This document shows, piece by piece, positions 19,707-30,156 of a stretch of 64,000 bases of DNA. The position numbers and the translations under genes were made by a program. The stretch is from a virus (taxonomy: Duplodnaviria; Caudoviricetes). Location of the stretch: the IMG/VR virus record IMGVR_UViG_3300031949_001696; one strand, written 5' to 3'. Under the pieces are notes generated by a model. That model was given only the letters and a program-made list of their open reading frames with translations, did no database searches and had not been told where the DNA came from. The first letter of the stretch is position 1; every line of letters starts with the position of its first letter.

Positions 19707-20603
19707 ATGCCGCGAGATCCGCGTCTACCGAGAGAGCTGCACGTCGAGCCGCTTTACCCCGGCAACGGCCTTCCTCCGCGGCCCGGCGAAGATCGTCCTG
19801 GCCTCTCGCCCTTCGGTCGTCTCGCGATGGGCCAGACCCTCGGCGGGTCGTCGACGCTGATCTACGACCATCGCGCGAACGACGTCCAGCCGGCAAAGTC
19901 GGACATGATCGTGATCGAGGGTGACGACCTCGACGCGTGTCAGCTCAACTTGGTCCTCCATCCGCCTCGCGTGGTCCCGCTCTGCTTCGAGGAGATCTCG
20001 CGCATACTCAATCAGCAGAACATCACCGGCGAGCAGGACAACGGCGAGGTCACGGCATGCGACTTCCCGGGGACGTGCGAACCGATCCGGTGGCCGCCGC
20101 TTGAGGCACAGGTCGAGTTCGGTGTTGGAGGCGTGAGCACCAAGGTCACCGTTGATTACTTGAACGGCGTGACGCTCTCGGTGATCGCGTCGTTCCTACG
20201 CGTGAAAGCTCTCGTCACGCAGAACAACTGCGACGTCTTCGGTACGAGCGCTTTGTACCGGCTCGCCGCGCACGTCGGTCCTGGCTTCGCCGAGTCGCAC
20301 GCGCAGCGGACGATCTTCGTCGGTGAGGTCAAAGATCACCACGACAGCTGTGTGCTCGATGTGCCGGAGTTCGCCAAGATCGCGGTCCTGATCGGGTGCA
20401 GAGAGCATCACAAGACGCCGACACTCACGATCGGTTGGATCCGCTTCTGGCAGGATCCCAAGGGATGCCACTGCGTGGGGGACTTTTTCGTATCTGATCA
20501 CCAGGATCGCGTCGAGGTCCCGAATGCCGCGCAATACTTCAGCGTGTTCAACGAGAGCGGACATAAGATGAAGATGGCGGTCATCTTCGAATTGGCGCTC
20601 TGA
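19707..20603 (+). CDS. Beta-strand-rich protein, possible structural jelly-roll
   Basis: Alternating hydrophobic pattern; fold is inference. Confidence 0.6.
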   Translation: MPRDPRLPRELHVEPLYPGNGLPPRPGEDRPGLSPFGRLAMGQTLGGSSTLIYDHRANDVQPAKSDMIVIEGDDLDACQLNLVLHPPRVVPLCFEEISRILNQQNITGEQDNGEVTACDFPGTCEPIRWPPLEAQVEFGVGGVSTKVTVDYLNGVTLSVIASFLRVKALVTQNNCDVFGTSALYRLAAHVGPGFAESHAQRTIFVGEVKDHHDSCVLDVPEFAKIAVLIGCREHHKTPTLTIGWIRFWQDPKGCHCVGDFFVSDHQDRVEVPNAAQYFSVFNESGHKMKMAVIFELAL

Positions 20604-20662
20604 TTCAGGTGATTTTCGAACTGGCGCTGTGAACGGTGTAGAATCACGGGAAAGGAAACCCC

Positions 20663-21871
20663 ATGGCCGAGACAACCCTGCTCAGATCGTCTGCAATCGT
20701 CCGTAATGCTTCTGTCGGCACCACCAAGCCACCTCAGGTGAACTCGGGCGCTCTCCCCCTCGTGCAGGTGAAGATGACGCCGGGCGGCCCCCAGGTTCAG
20801 AACGGTCAGCAGAAGGCTGTCGAGATCCTGCCGCCGAGGGACGCGAAGAGTGCCGTCGCGATCGGTGGTTTGCCGATGGTGCAGATCAAGATGACCCAGA
20901 ACGGTCCCCAGCGGGACGACGGTCGGGACAACCCCGTCGTGATCAGGGACGGCAAGCAGCAGACCGTCGCTGCGGGCGCCTTGCCGATGGTGCAGGTAAG
21001 GATGGAGAATGGGGGGCCACGGGTGCAGAACATGCCGAACGTCCAGGCGGGTCCTCCGCAGATTCCGGCCGCGGCACCTGCGCTGAGCCACCAGCGCGGT
21101 ACCGTTCCGCCGCAATCGACGCAGCAGGGTCTTCCGCGGGCACCGCACGTTCAGAGCGTGGCTCCGCAGATGCAGAGCACGTCCGTCTCGCTCGGCCAGC
21201 CGCGCGTCGCGCGTGTTCCAGCGCCGTCGTCGCTTCCCCCGCTGCCGGAAGTGCCGGAGCTCACCATCGATCAGTGGATGCTGTGTCGGCACCTCGCCGA
21301 CAAGTACCTCGCCGAGCTTCTTCGCGGGGTCGATGCGGCGGCGGCCGAATCTACCGATGGCGCTACGACGGTTGATTCCGCCGTCGTCGACAACGCCAAA
21401 CTCGCCGGGAATACGATCGCCGTGATCGATCAGGTGATGGTCGCGATCGCCGTGCGCGCCGAGGCGCTCACGAATGCAGCTGCGGCTTCGGCAGTTGCGG
21501 CTCCGGCGGCGAACGCGTACGTCGCCCCGCGTCCGGTGACGGGCGGCCACCCCTCTCCGGCCGCGATCGTTTCGCAGCCGCGCAACGTGGGCTACGTCGC
21601 GCCGCGTCCCGGTGCACGCTTCTTCGCGGGCGCACGAGTGCCTGGCAACGTGGGGATGGCGCCGCGCCGCGTGCAGCGGGATCCCGGAGCTGCTCCGCTG
21701 CCGCCCGTGATCGTGAAAATGGAGGGTCGGCAGCCCGTCGTTCAACAGACGGTCGAGCCGTCGTCTCCGGTGTCCTCGGAGGCGGCTGCTCCGCCCGCGC
21801 CGGACGTTCCGAACATGAGCGTCGATGCGCAGCCGAGCGTTTCGAACGTGAACATCGACGCGCAGGGCTAA
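20663..21871 (+). CDS. Pro/Gln-rich protein with LPMVQ(V/I)KM..GP repeats
   Basis: AAGGA SD; three or four repeat units. Confidence 0.7.
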   Translation: MAETTLLRSSAIVRNASVGTTKPPQVNSGALPLVQVKMTPGGPQVQNGQQKAVEILPPRDAKSAVAIGGLPMVQIKMTQNGPQRDDGRDNPVVIRDGKQQTVAAGALPMVQVRMENGGPRVQNMPNVQAGPPQIPAAAPALSHQRGTVPPQSTQQGLPRAPHVQSVAPQMQSTSVSLGQPRVARVPAPSSLPPLPEVPELTIDQWMLCRHLADKYLAELLRGVDAAAAESTDGATTVDSAVVDNAKLAGNTIAVIDQVMVAIAVRAEALTNAAAASAVAAPAANAYVAPRPVTGGHPSPAAIVSQPRNVGYVAPRPGARFFAGARVPGNVGMAPRRVQRDPGAAPLPPVIVKMEGRQPVVQQTVEPSSPVSSEAAAPPAPDVPNMSVDAQPSVSNVNIDAQG

Positions 21872-21878
21872 GCCTTCC

Positions 21879-22655
21879 GTGCGCGAGGGCCGATCTGTTG
21901 GAGCAGCGATCGGCGTCGGTGTCGTCGCCGGCCTCGGGATCCTACTGCTGTCGCGGCGAAAAGTTTTCGCCACGACAGGTTCACCGCGAGAGCGGCGTCC
22001 AGTCATCCCCGAGGGGCCGATCGGAGCGTTTCCTCCGCTCGTCGAGCGTTGGCGCGACGAGGTCGCAAAGCGCGTCAAGGGGCTCGGGCTGCCGGTCGAT
22101 GCGATCCTTGAGTGGATCCGCATCGAGAGCGGTGGCGACATGTGCGCGATCGGCGGTCCCACCGAAGTCGGGATCTTCCAGCTGATGTTCCCCGGTGACG
22201 CCAAGTACGGCGCGACTCTCGACGGTCTGCGCGCGCTCTGCCAGAAGAGTAAGGGCCAGAACCCGCGCGATATTTCATGGCTCTCGGAGGCTGATCTGGA
22301 CATGCAGGTGGGAGCCGGTATTCGAAAGGTATTGGCGTCGCGTGATGTGGTCCGCCGGGTGCTCGCGCAAAACGGTGCGCGTTGGCCTGAGACGAGCTTC
22401 GACTTCGGATCGGCGGTCAAACAAATTCATGCGACACCGGCGGTGATCACCGAGCTGCTTCCCAAGATCACGCGTCGCGACGGATCGCCGCCAGCGAGCT
22501 GGAGTGAGCTGCGACAGAAGGTGATGGCTTTCCCGGTCGACCAGATGGGTTCGGGGCTCCGCAGGCTGTGGAACCTGCCCAGCCGCCACGGGCTCGCGAA
22601 CCTGCTTGAGGACACGATGCGCAACGCCGAGTTCGTCGGGCGAGCATGGCGTTGA
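21879..22655 (+). CDS. N-anchored lytic transglycosylase (lysozyme-like)
   Basis: IRIESGG (catalytic Glu) and GIFQL motifs of the SLT family. Confidence 0.7.
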   Translation: MREGRSVGAAIGVGVVAGLGILLLSRRKVFATTGSPRERRPVIPEGPIGAFPPLVERWRDEVAKRVKGLGLPVDAILEWIRIESGGDMCAIGGPTEVGIFQLMFPGDAKYGATLDGLRALCQKSKGQNPRDISWLSEADLDMQVGAGIRKVLASRDVVRRVLAQNGARWPETSFDFGSAVKQIHATPAVITELLPKITRRDGSPPASWSELRQKVMAFPVDQMGSGLRRLWNLPSRHGLANLLEDTMRNAEFVGRAWR

Positions 22656-22730
22656 CCCGAGATCTTCTTCGGTGTGTCGATGAGTCTTGAGCTGTACTGT
22701 CTGTGACGGTTTTGTGAGAAAACCGCATCA

Positions 22731-23990
22731 ATGAAGGACGCTAAGACCGTCATTCCGTGGAAGGTCACGGACATCTCGATTCGGCCCTACGACGGTTTTT
22801 GGTCTTTCAATCCGTCGATTCACTTCGACGGCGAACGCTGGCTTTGCGTTCTGCGCTGCTGCGACTACGCGATGCCCGACGGTGTCACGATTCGGAGTAG
22901 TTCGCGCTCGGTGGGGCAGCAGACCAAGAACGCGATGGTCGTCTTCGATCCGCAGTCGTGGCAGCCGATCAAGATCTACAAGATGCAGGAGAAGGACGGC
23001 TTCCCCCGCGTGGCGACGCCGCATACTGGCTTCGAGGACATGCGACTGTTCAAGACGGACAAGGGAGGTCTTCAGGGAATCGCGGCATCGCTCCATCTCC
23101 GGCGTGATCGCGAGCGCCGCGCTACCGATGAGAGCAAACCGCAGCACCAACCGCCCGAGCAGGTGCTGCTCTCCTTCGATGAGAACTACGACATCGTCGT
23201 CGCGCGACCGATCCGTGGTGACGGGTGGAGCGGCACTCCGCAGAAGAATTGGGTGCCGTTCGACCACTGCGCGGAGCCGCGCTTTCTGTACTCGATCGAC
23301 AAGGGGTCGATGTTCGATGATCGTGGAGCAGTTCACGGCGACGAAGCGCGTGCTAGAGCATCGACCCGCCCGCATGCCGTCGCCCCCACCGTGGAGGCCA
23401 CAGAGACGGTTGACAGCCAAGCTCCAGCAGTGCTCGCGCCGCCACCGCAGGAACAAGCGGCTCCCGTCGTCCACGAACGGGTCAAACCGCCTGATCGCAG
23501 GCCGCCGACGATCCGAGGCGGCGACGTCCGGATCATACGCGGCGGCCGGATGGCGCTCGACGCGATGGCTTCACGTCCGTCCTCACGCCCGTCCGCGCAC
23601 CCTTCGCGTTCGATGACACGGCGCACGGACGGCGCCACGCGCATCATGGGCTCGGGACGGGCGCTGCCGCCGAAGTACGACGGACTCCGCGGTGGAACTC
23701 AGCTCGTGCGCGTCGCGGACGACTCGTGGCTCGGCATCGGACACGAGATGAAGTTCGTCAGCGGCAAGAAGTTCTACTGGCACCGGTGGTATCTCGTCGA
23801 CTCTCGCGGCAAGATGACGTCTGCGAGCGAGCCGATGAAGCTCGTGTCCAATGGCATCGAGTTCGCTGCGGGGATGGCAATCGATGGTGACCGCGTCGTC
23901 GTCTCGTTTGGCGTCGACGATATGGAGTGTAAGATCGGGGAGACGAGCCTCGCCGCGGTGCTCGAGAAGCTTGCTTCGGTGGCGCGGTGA
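22731..23990 (+). CDS. Beta-propeller glycoside-hydrolase-like protein
   Basis: FNPSI, GFEDMRLF, QKNWVPF, LRGGT, GIEFAAG; same motifs in the C-terminus of 32936. Confidence 0.7.
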   Translation: MKDAKTVIPWKVTDISIRPYDGFWSFNPSIHFDGERWLCVLRCCDYAMPDGVTIRSSSRSVGQQTKNAMVVFDPQSWQPIKIYKMQEKDGFPRVATPHTGFEDMRLFKTDKGGLQGIAASLHLRRDRERRATDESKPQHQPPEQVLLSFDENYDIVVARPIRGDGWSGTPQKNWVPFDHCAEPRFLYSIDKGSMFDDRGAVHGDEARARASTRPHAVAPTVEATETVDSQAPAVLAPPPQEQAAPVVHERVKPPDRRPPTIRGGDVRIIRGGRMALDAMASRPSSRPSAHPSRSMTRRTDGATRIMGSGRALPPKYDGLRGGTQLVRVADDSWLGIGHEMKFVSGKKFYWHRWYLVDSRGKMTSASEPMKLVSNGIEFAAGMAIDGDRVVVSFGVDDMECKIGETSLAAVLEKLASVAR

Positions 23991-24075
23991 ACTAGAGCGA
24001 ACGCGCGCAGATCGAATTGGCGCGATATCCTCTCCTGAGGGTTCGTGCACCTGGATTCACGGAGGCATTTTTCTG

Positions 24076-25218
24076 ATGAAGATCACGATCGGATACATCA
24101 CTGCGCGCGAGGAGCCGCATCTGGAATGGCTGATCAATGGGATCGAGAAGCAGGCTTCCAAGAAGGACGAGATCGAGCTGATCGTCGTCGATGCGCTCGG
24201 CCGATCTGCTTCCGAGATCGGCTTCCGAGCGATCAAGCCAATCAAGAAGCTGGTCGAGGCCAGACCGAAGCCGACGATCTGGCAGGGATCGCACCGCGTC
24301 GCACCGCGTGACTTCTTTGCTAACGCCAACGCGCGCAACACTGCGCTCATCCTTTGCAACACGTCCTACATCTGCTTCCTCGATGATCGTTGCAGGCTCG
24401 AAGATGGATGGTTCGAGCAAGTTCGTCGAGGGGAACACAAGCGAGAGTCGGTGATCTGCGGCCCCTACGATAAGCGCGAGGACTGGGGTCTTTCGCACGA
24501 TCATCGACGGCAGCGCAAGCCCCGCGGGTTGAAGAACTGCTCCGGCGCGTGGTGCTTTGGCGGCAACTTCGCGCTGCCGTTGGACTGGGCGCTTGAGGTC
24601 AACGGCTGCGAGGAAGGTTGCGATCCGGTGGGTCTTGAGGACTGCATGCTTGGACACATGCTTGTCAACGTCGGGCGTCGGATCGACTTCGTGATCGAGA
24701 TGTCCGTGCAGCAAGATCGTCGAGGTTTCGTGCATCCGCTGAACTTCCCGCGACAAGACAAGGGACAGTCACCTAACGACAAGAGTCACGCGCTCGAAGA
24801 TCGGTTTCGGAGTCGCAAACGCACTGAGTTCACGCCTGATCTGAGGGCGCTCCGCGATCGCATCTTCCGCGGAGGATCGTTTCCGATTCCAGATCCAAAG
24901 GGGAATCATCGCGACTGGTTCGATGGCAGTTTGATCAGAGATGCAGGCATCTCGCACGAAGATCTCGTCGCGAGAGCACAGGGAAGAGCCGAGGTGCTTG
25001 GAGATGGGCGTCTCCGCGGAGAGGCGTTGGGAGATTCCGTGGTCAGTGCCCCGGCACCCGACGTTTCGACTTCATCAATCGGGCCGGCAGTTCCGACGAA
25101 CACGCCAATCGGGACAGCAGTTCCGACGAACATGCCAGTCGTTGCGGAGTCTGGGGCTTCGCCGACAACAAAACCCATGCTGCTGAGGTCTGCCGAGAGA
25201 CCTGAAGATCCCAGCTAG
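24076..25218 (+). CDS. GT-A fold glycosyltransferase (GT2-like)
   Basis: LIVVD, ANARN, CFLDD, NG..E...G.ED; GGAGG SD. Confidence 0.75.
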   Translation: MKITIGYITAREEPHLEWLINGIEKQASKKDEIELIVVDALGRSASEIGFRAIKPIKKLVEARPKPTIWQGSHRVAPRDFFANANARNTALILCNTSYICFLDDRCRLEDGWFEQVRRGEHKRESVICGPYDKREDWGLSHDHRRQRKPRGLKNCSGAWCFGGNFALPLDWALEVNGCEEGCDPVGLEDCMLGHMLVNVGRRIDFVIEMSVQQDRRGFVHPLNFPRQDKGQSPNDKSHALEDRFRSRKRTEFTPDLRALRDRIFRGGSFPIPDPKGNHRDWFDGSLIRDAGISHEDLVARAQGRAEVLGDGRLRGEALGDSVVSAPAPDVSTSSIGPAVPTNTPIGTAVPTNMPVVAESGASPTTKPMLLRSAERPEDPS

Positions 25219-25221
25219 CCG

Positions 25222-25797
25222 TTACCTGTTTCGTTTGAAAGCGAACTGACCTTCTCGCTGTTTGGTTAATGGGTCTCCCAACCAGAGCAGGTCATCCTTG
25301 CGCGTTTTGATGAACGCTTTAACCGCCTCTGATACGCGACCCCAGCCGTAGTCATCCCCGAGGATCAAGCCCCCGATCTTGATCTTCGGAAAGTAGCTCG
25401 CGAGATCTCTCGTCACGCCTTCGTAAGAGTGGTCACCATCGATATAGACATAGTCGAAGAAGCTGTTTGGAAAATGATCCGCAGCCTCTTCTGACTTCAT
25501 CCGCAGGACTACCACGTTAGGGTAGGGCGCAAATGTTCGGCACACCTCGACATAGGTCGCATTTCTTGCGAGCTGCGCTGCTGACGTTTGAATGCCGCCG
25601 TCTGGATCTGATGCTGCTCCGATCCAAGGATCGATAAGAAATAGTTTGGACGGCCGGCTTTGGAGCAGCGTGTAGTAAGCGAATGATCCTTGCCAGGAAC
25701 CTATTTCCGCGCCGACGTTTCCGGGTTTGATCAAGGAGGAGATATAGGGACCTCTCTCCGTGCGAGTGTCGCGTGGAGGTAAAGCTGTCGATGCCAT
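25222..25797 (-). CDS. Class I SAM methyltransferase (Methyltransf_24-like)
   Basis: AEIGSWQG, YIDGDHSYE, GDDY; lower GC than flanks. Confidence 0.8.
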   Translation of the reverse strand: MASTALPPRDTRTERGPYISSLIKPGNVGAEIGSWQGSFAYYTLLQSRPSKLFLIDPWIGAASDPDGGIQTSAAQLARNATYVEVCRTFAPYPNVVVLRMKSEEAADHFPNSFFDYVYIDGDHSYEGVTRDLASYFPKIKIGGLILGDDYGWGRVSEAVKAFIKTRKDDLLWLGDPLTKQREGQFAFKRNR

Positions 25798-26215
25798 GCG
25801 GGTATCATAAAGCACTTTCCGCGCAGCGTGGCCCGTAGTGAAGGTGGACGTCGCTACACGATCATCAGCGTTATTGACTGCCCTTGGAGGCTTTGCCTTT
25901 AAGCGTGGTTCCGAGACTGGGTAATAGGGCAATAGGGCAGGCCACTGAGTTCTGGGGCAGTTCAGCGGCGGTCGCGGAACACTAGCTCTTCGTTGGCGGC
26001 ATCTAGAAGGCACGTGGTGTATCTCGCATCGGCGGCCGACCTACTTGTTGGCAACGCGACATGCCACCGACTTGCGCGCGTCGGCGGATAGAACACGATG
26101 CCACCATGTCGTCCGAAGGAGCGACCTTCGCGTGATTATAGACAATCGTGCGACTTCACGGCTGAAAACTCGACCCTTTCATTCACCCGAAGGATCATAG
26201 GTTCAGCAAACTGCG

Positions 26216-26803
26216 ATGAAGTACGTCGGTGACCTCAGTAGGCAGGACGCGGCGCTTTTGGCGCGCTATGCCCGCGGCGCGCGGGCCGTCTTGGAGTTCG
26301 GCGTGGGCGGGAGCACGCAGATCTTCGCGCAGACGCTCTCCGAACAAGCGTCCTTCCTGAGTCTCGACACCGATCCGAAATGGATCGCAAAGACGCGAGA
26401 GAATCTCCGTCGTCTCGGCGTAGGTGATCGTTGCCAGCTGCGTCGTTACGAAGACTGGGCGCCGGACACCGTTCAGTTCGACCTTATTTTCAACGACGGT
26501 GCCGGCCGACTGCGGCGTGACTTCGCCTTTCGCAGCTTTCCGTTGCTGGCGATCGGAGGGGCGCTTCTCTTCCACGACACGCGGCGCCGACAAGACATCC
26601 GCAACGTCCTTAGCCTCATCGAAATTTTCTTCGAGGAGATCGAGCACGTCCACCTGAACGAGCACGTTGACGGCGCCTCTAGCAACATCACGGTGGTGCG
26701 GAAGAAGAAGCGCGAGCCGTATGTCAACTGGAACGTCGTTGAGGGCAGGCCGGCCTGGGCCTACGGTCACGGTGTCGTCCCGGAAGGCTTCTGGTCCAAA
26801 TGA
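26216..26803 (+). CDS. Class I SAM methyltransferase
   Basis: VLEFGVGGST, FDLIFNDG, LFHD. Confidence 0.75.
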   Translation: MKYVGDLSRQDAALLARYARGARAVLEFGVGGSTQIFAQTLSEQASFLSLDTDPKWIAKTRENLRRLGVGDRCQLRRYEDWAPDTVQFDLIFNDGAGRLRRDFAFRSFPLLAIGGALLFHDTRRRQDIRNVLSLIEIFFEEIEHVHLNEHVDGASSNITVVRKKKREPYVNWNVVEGRPAWAYGHGVVPEGFWSK

Positions 26804-26912
26804 CAGGATTTTTATATCCAGAAGATCGAAAACGATGAGGAGCGGTGTTTTATGATCGCACCCACTGCTCGCGAACGTGCGCCCCTGACAGGCTTCAAGA
26901 GGATCGTGAAGC

Positions 26913-27494
26913 GTGGGTAAGGTCCGGGATGCCGCGTGGTACGACGCGCGATTCGCTGATCCGGATAGCCGCTACCACTGGAAGCCGGAGAGGCTCCCGT
27001 ACCTTCACCTTTGGAACTTGGCGATCAGCTACATGCAGGAAGGGGACGACGTCATCGACATCGGCTGCGGTCCTGGCCACCTCGCGGAACTCGCGACGCG
27101 CACAATGAAGATCCGCTACCGTGGCTACGACTTCTCCGAGCAAGCGCTCCAGATGGCGCGTAAGCGTGCTCCCTCGGGAACCTTCTTCTGCTGGGACGCG
27201 ACGAAAGATCCGGTCCCTCCTCCGTTGCGATCACGCACCGTCTACGTTTCCACCGAATTTTTGGAACATGTCACTGATGACCTCGGGATCCTCCGCCAGA
27301 TTCCGACCGGAGCGCTTGTCCTTCTCACGGCCCCCGCGCGTGACGATCCCGGCCACGTGCGGTTCTTCAAGACGATTGCCGAAGTCGAGGAGCGCTACGC
27401 CGAAGTCCTCGATCTGGTCGAAGTTCAGCGGTACGAGGCAACGCACTGGAAGCGAGGGGCTGTTTGGTACTTCCTCGCCGGAACACGGAAGTGA
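26913..27494 (+). CDS. Class I SAM methyltransferase
   Basis: VIDIGCGPG, GYDFS, EFLEH. Confidence 0.8.
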   Translation: MGKVRDAAWYDARFADPDSRYHWKPERLPYLHLWNLAISYMQEGDDVIDIGCGPGHLAELATRTMKIRYRGYDFSEQALQMARKRAPSGTFFCWDATKDPVPPPLRSRTVYVSTEFLEHVTDDLGILRQIPTGALVLLTAPARDDPGHVRFFKTIAEVEERYAEVLDLVEVQRYEATHWKRGAVWYFLAGTRK

Positions 27495-27537
27495 CACACA
27501 AGATCCTCGGTATCGCCTGCGTACCGGACATGCAGCA

Positions 27538-28440
27538 ATGAAGATCCTAGTCCTCTCAAGCGTCCACGGTAATTATAACGATCCGATCCATCGAGGCTTC
27601 TTTCAGGCCGTGCCGAGATCGGCCGCCGTAGCCTTCTACGGGCCTACCGAACGCGGGGGCCCGTCCTTCGACCCGAAGCGCTCGCTCTCGAGCGTTGTCG
27701 CAGAAGTGAAGGCTGACCTCGTGCTTGTCAACATGAAGAAGCGCGTCAAGGACTGGCTCAAACCAAACGAGATGGCTGACCTATCGGCCACGTCGGTCAA
27801 GACTGCGGTGGTCGAGGTTGATTTTTGCTACGAGCGAAAAGATCAGAGCTGGTACACGGCGTGTCACTTCGACGTATTATTCTTGCGGGCCAAGAGTGAT
27901 GTGCTCGCGTCCAGATGTCCACAAACACACTGGCTTCCATTTTCGGTCAAGCCTGAATGGATCTGCACACCAGACAGAAACGATCGTCGGCCTCATGACA
28001 TTGTCTTCGCCGGGACCCGCCATCCGCAGACTTATCCGGGTCGAAATACGGCGCTTGTAGTTCTGAAGGATCGTGTTGTCCAACCGAAGGCCCGCATCCA
28101 GGGCGAGGCGTACATGCACTGGTGGCAACGCGGTCGACTGGGACTCACGTGCTCCAGCATCTGGCGTTATGAAAACGCAAAGCACGTCATTATACCTGGC
28201 GCTGGCGCGCTCCTGCTGACAGATGGATCGCCAGGAATATCCGAGCTACTACCGTCGGCCGCGTACACTATCTACAAGACAGACGGATCAGATCTCAATG
28301 AAGTGGTTCGGGGGGCGCTTGCCGATCCCAAACTACTCGAACGTCGTCGCGAGGGAGCGGAGCATGTCGCGAAACATCATACGCATGCAGTGCGCTGGTC
28401 TCAGCTCTTCACGCGAATGGAGGCGGTGCGTCGTGGGTAG
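27538..28440 (+). CDS. GT-B glycosyltransferase (CgeB/GT4-like)
   Basis: WLPFSV, DIVFAG, GALLLTD, HT...RW. Confidence 0.7.
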   Translation: MKILVLSSVHGNYNDPIHRGFFQAVPRSAAVAFYGPTERGGPSFDPKRSLSSVVAEVKADLVLVNMKKRVKDWLKPNEMADLSATSVKTAVVEVDFCYERKDQSWYTACHFDVLFLRAKSDVLASRCPQTHWLPFSVKPEWICTPDRNDRRPHDIVFAGTRHPQTYPGRNTALVVLKDRVVQPKARIQGEAYMHWWQRGRLGLTCSSIWRYENAKHVIIPGAGALLLTDGSPGISELLPSAAYTIYKTDGSDLNEVVRGALADPKLLERRREGAEHVAKHHTHAVRWSQLFTRMEAVRRG

Positions 28441-28475
28441 CTCTGCACTTCGATGGTGGCGCCTCGACGTGCCTG

Positions 28476-29570
28476 TTAGAGTGCCGCGCGAAGTGTGGAG
28501 GTGATGTGCTCGATGTCGGCCTCTACGAGCTCGGGGTACATCGGCAGGGACAAGCAGGTGCGGGCAAGCCGCTCGGTGACGGGGAATTGTCCGGCGACGT
28601 AGCCGAGCGCGGCATACGCGGGCTGAAGGTGCAGCGGCACCGGATAGTGGACGCCTGTCGCGACGCCCTCCGCTGCGAGCGTGTCACGTAGCGCATCACG
28701 GCGCTCGTGATGCACGACGAACAGGTGCCACACAGGTTCGGTCCCCGCCACGATTTGTGGCAGCGCTAACGAGGTGCCAGCGAGCTGTTCAAGATACCAG
28801 GCGGCGATCGTACGGCGCCGTGTGTTCCACGCATCCAAATGGGACAGCTTGACGGCGAGCACCGCCGCTTGAAGCGTGTCGAGACGGCTATTGAGCCCTG
28901 GTGTTTCGTGGATATGCTTATCCATCCGTCCATTTCGTCCGTGATCGCGCAGCTTCGCGCAGCGCTCCGCGAGCGCCTCGTCCTGAAACGTCATTGCGCC
29001 AGCGTCTCCGTACGCGCCGAGGTTCTTGCCTGGATAGAAGCTGAACGTGGCCGCGGTGCCAAGAGATCCCGCACGTCGACCGTCGCGCCGTGCGCCGTGC
29101 GCCTGCGCCGCGTCTTCCACTACCGGCAGTCCTGCGGCGGCCGTCGTGATCGCTGCGATGTTTGCGACCTGCCCGTACAAATGCACTGGGACCACGGCGC
29201 GCGTCCGTGACGTGATCGTTGCAGCAACGCGACCGGCGTCCATCAGCCCATGCGCGTCGACGTCGACGAATACCGGCGTTGCTCCAACCAGCGAGATCGC
29301 TTCAGCAGTGGCGATGAAGGTGTTCGGTACAGTGATCACCTCGTCACCGGGCACGATGTCAAGCGCGCGCAGTACGAGCTGGATCGCGTCCGTGCCGTTG
29401 GCACAACCCACCGCCCACGGCACTTCGCAATAGGTCGCGAATGCGTTTTCAAACTCGCGTACCGCGGGCCCCATCACGAACGCGCTCTCCGCGATCACCT
29501 CGCGTATTGCTGCGTCGATCTCGGACCGGATCGTGGCGTATTGCGCGCGGAGATCGACGAGTGGAATCAT
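28476..29570 (-). CDS. DegT/DnrJ/EryC1/StrS PLP sugar aminotransferase
   Basis: MIPLVDL, NGTDA, PVHLYG, EDAAQAHGA, SFYPGKNLGAYGDAG. Confidence 0.95.
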   Translation of the reverse strand: MIPLVDLRAQYATIRSEIDAAIREVIAESAFVMGPAVREFENAFATYCEVPWAVGCANGTDAIQLVLRALDIVPGDEVITVPNTFIATAEAISLVGATPVFVDVDAHGLMDAGRVAATITSRTRAVVPVHLYGQVANIAAITTAAAGLPVVEDAAQAHGARRDGRRAGSLGTAATFSFYPGKNLGAYGDAGAMTFQDEALAERCAKLRDHGRNGRMDKHIHETPGLNSRLDTLQAAVLAVKLSHLDAWNTRRRTIAAWYLEQLAGTSLALPQIVAGTEPVWHLFVVHHERRDALRDTLAAEGVATGVHYPVPLHLQPAYAALGYVAGQFPVTERLARTCLSLPMYPELVEADIEHITSTLRAAL

Positions 29571-29658
29571 CGATGGCGAGCCTGTAGCAAGAAGCCACGG
29601 TTGTCCAGCCGCTGAAGTTTGCGGGATCTGGTCACGTGTTGATGGTACGTTCGCGATC

Positions 29659-30156
29659 GTGACCGTCGCTCCGCGGATCCGCAAGACTGGAATCGTTGAC
29701 GTTGCCTTCGGCCGTGGCGTCACCCTTGTCACGCCGTCGAACCTCTACGCTTGCACGCTCGGCGATGGCTGCTTTGTTGGGCCCTTCGTCGAGATCCAGC
29801 GTGGTGTTGTGGTGGGAGCACGCACGCGCATCCAATCACACGCGTTCGTGTGCGAGCTGGTCACGATCGGGGTGGATTGCTTCATCGGGCATGGTGTGAT
29901 GTTCATCAACGATACCTTCGCGACGGGAACTCCCGCTCACGGGCGGCGCGACCTGTGGCGGCCGACATTTGTCGGTGATCGCGTCTGCATCGGATCGAAT
30001 GCGACGATCTTGCCGGTTCGGATCGCGGATGATGTCGTCATCGGTGCGGGCGCCGTCGTGACTCGCGATCTCACGGACCGCGGCACTTACGTCGGCAACC
30101 CGGCGCGACGGATCCGGCGTGCGAGCCTTGCGGGGCCGAGTGAAGGGGTGTCTTGA
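29659..30156 (+). CDS. Hexapeptide-repeat N-acetyltransferase (WbpD/WxcM-like)
   Basis: GPFVEIQ, FIGHGVMFIND, IGAGAVVT, GNPAR. Confidence 0.9.
   Translation: MTVAPRIRKTGIVDVAFGRGVTLVTPSNLYACTLGDGCFVGPFVEIQRGVVVGARTRIQSHAFVCELVTIGVDCFIGHGVMFINDTFATGTPAHGRRDLWRPTFVGDRVCIGSNATILPVRIADDVVIGAGAVVTRDLTDRGTYVGNPARRIRRASLAGPSEGVS

Noticed and set aside
808-22420. Long minus-strand ORFs (e.g. 6264..8405, 20498..22420, 3215..4786)
   Set aside because: Antisense shadows typical of high-GC coding DNA; the + strand genes are coupled and carry motifs.
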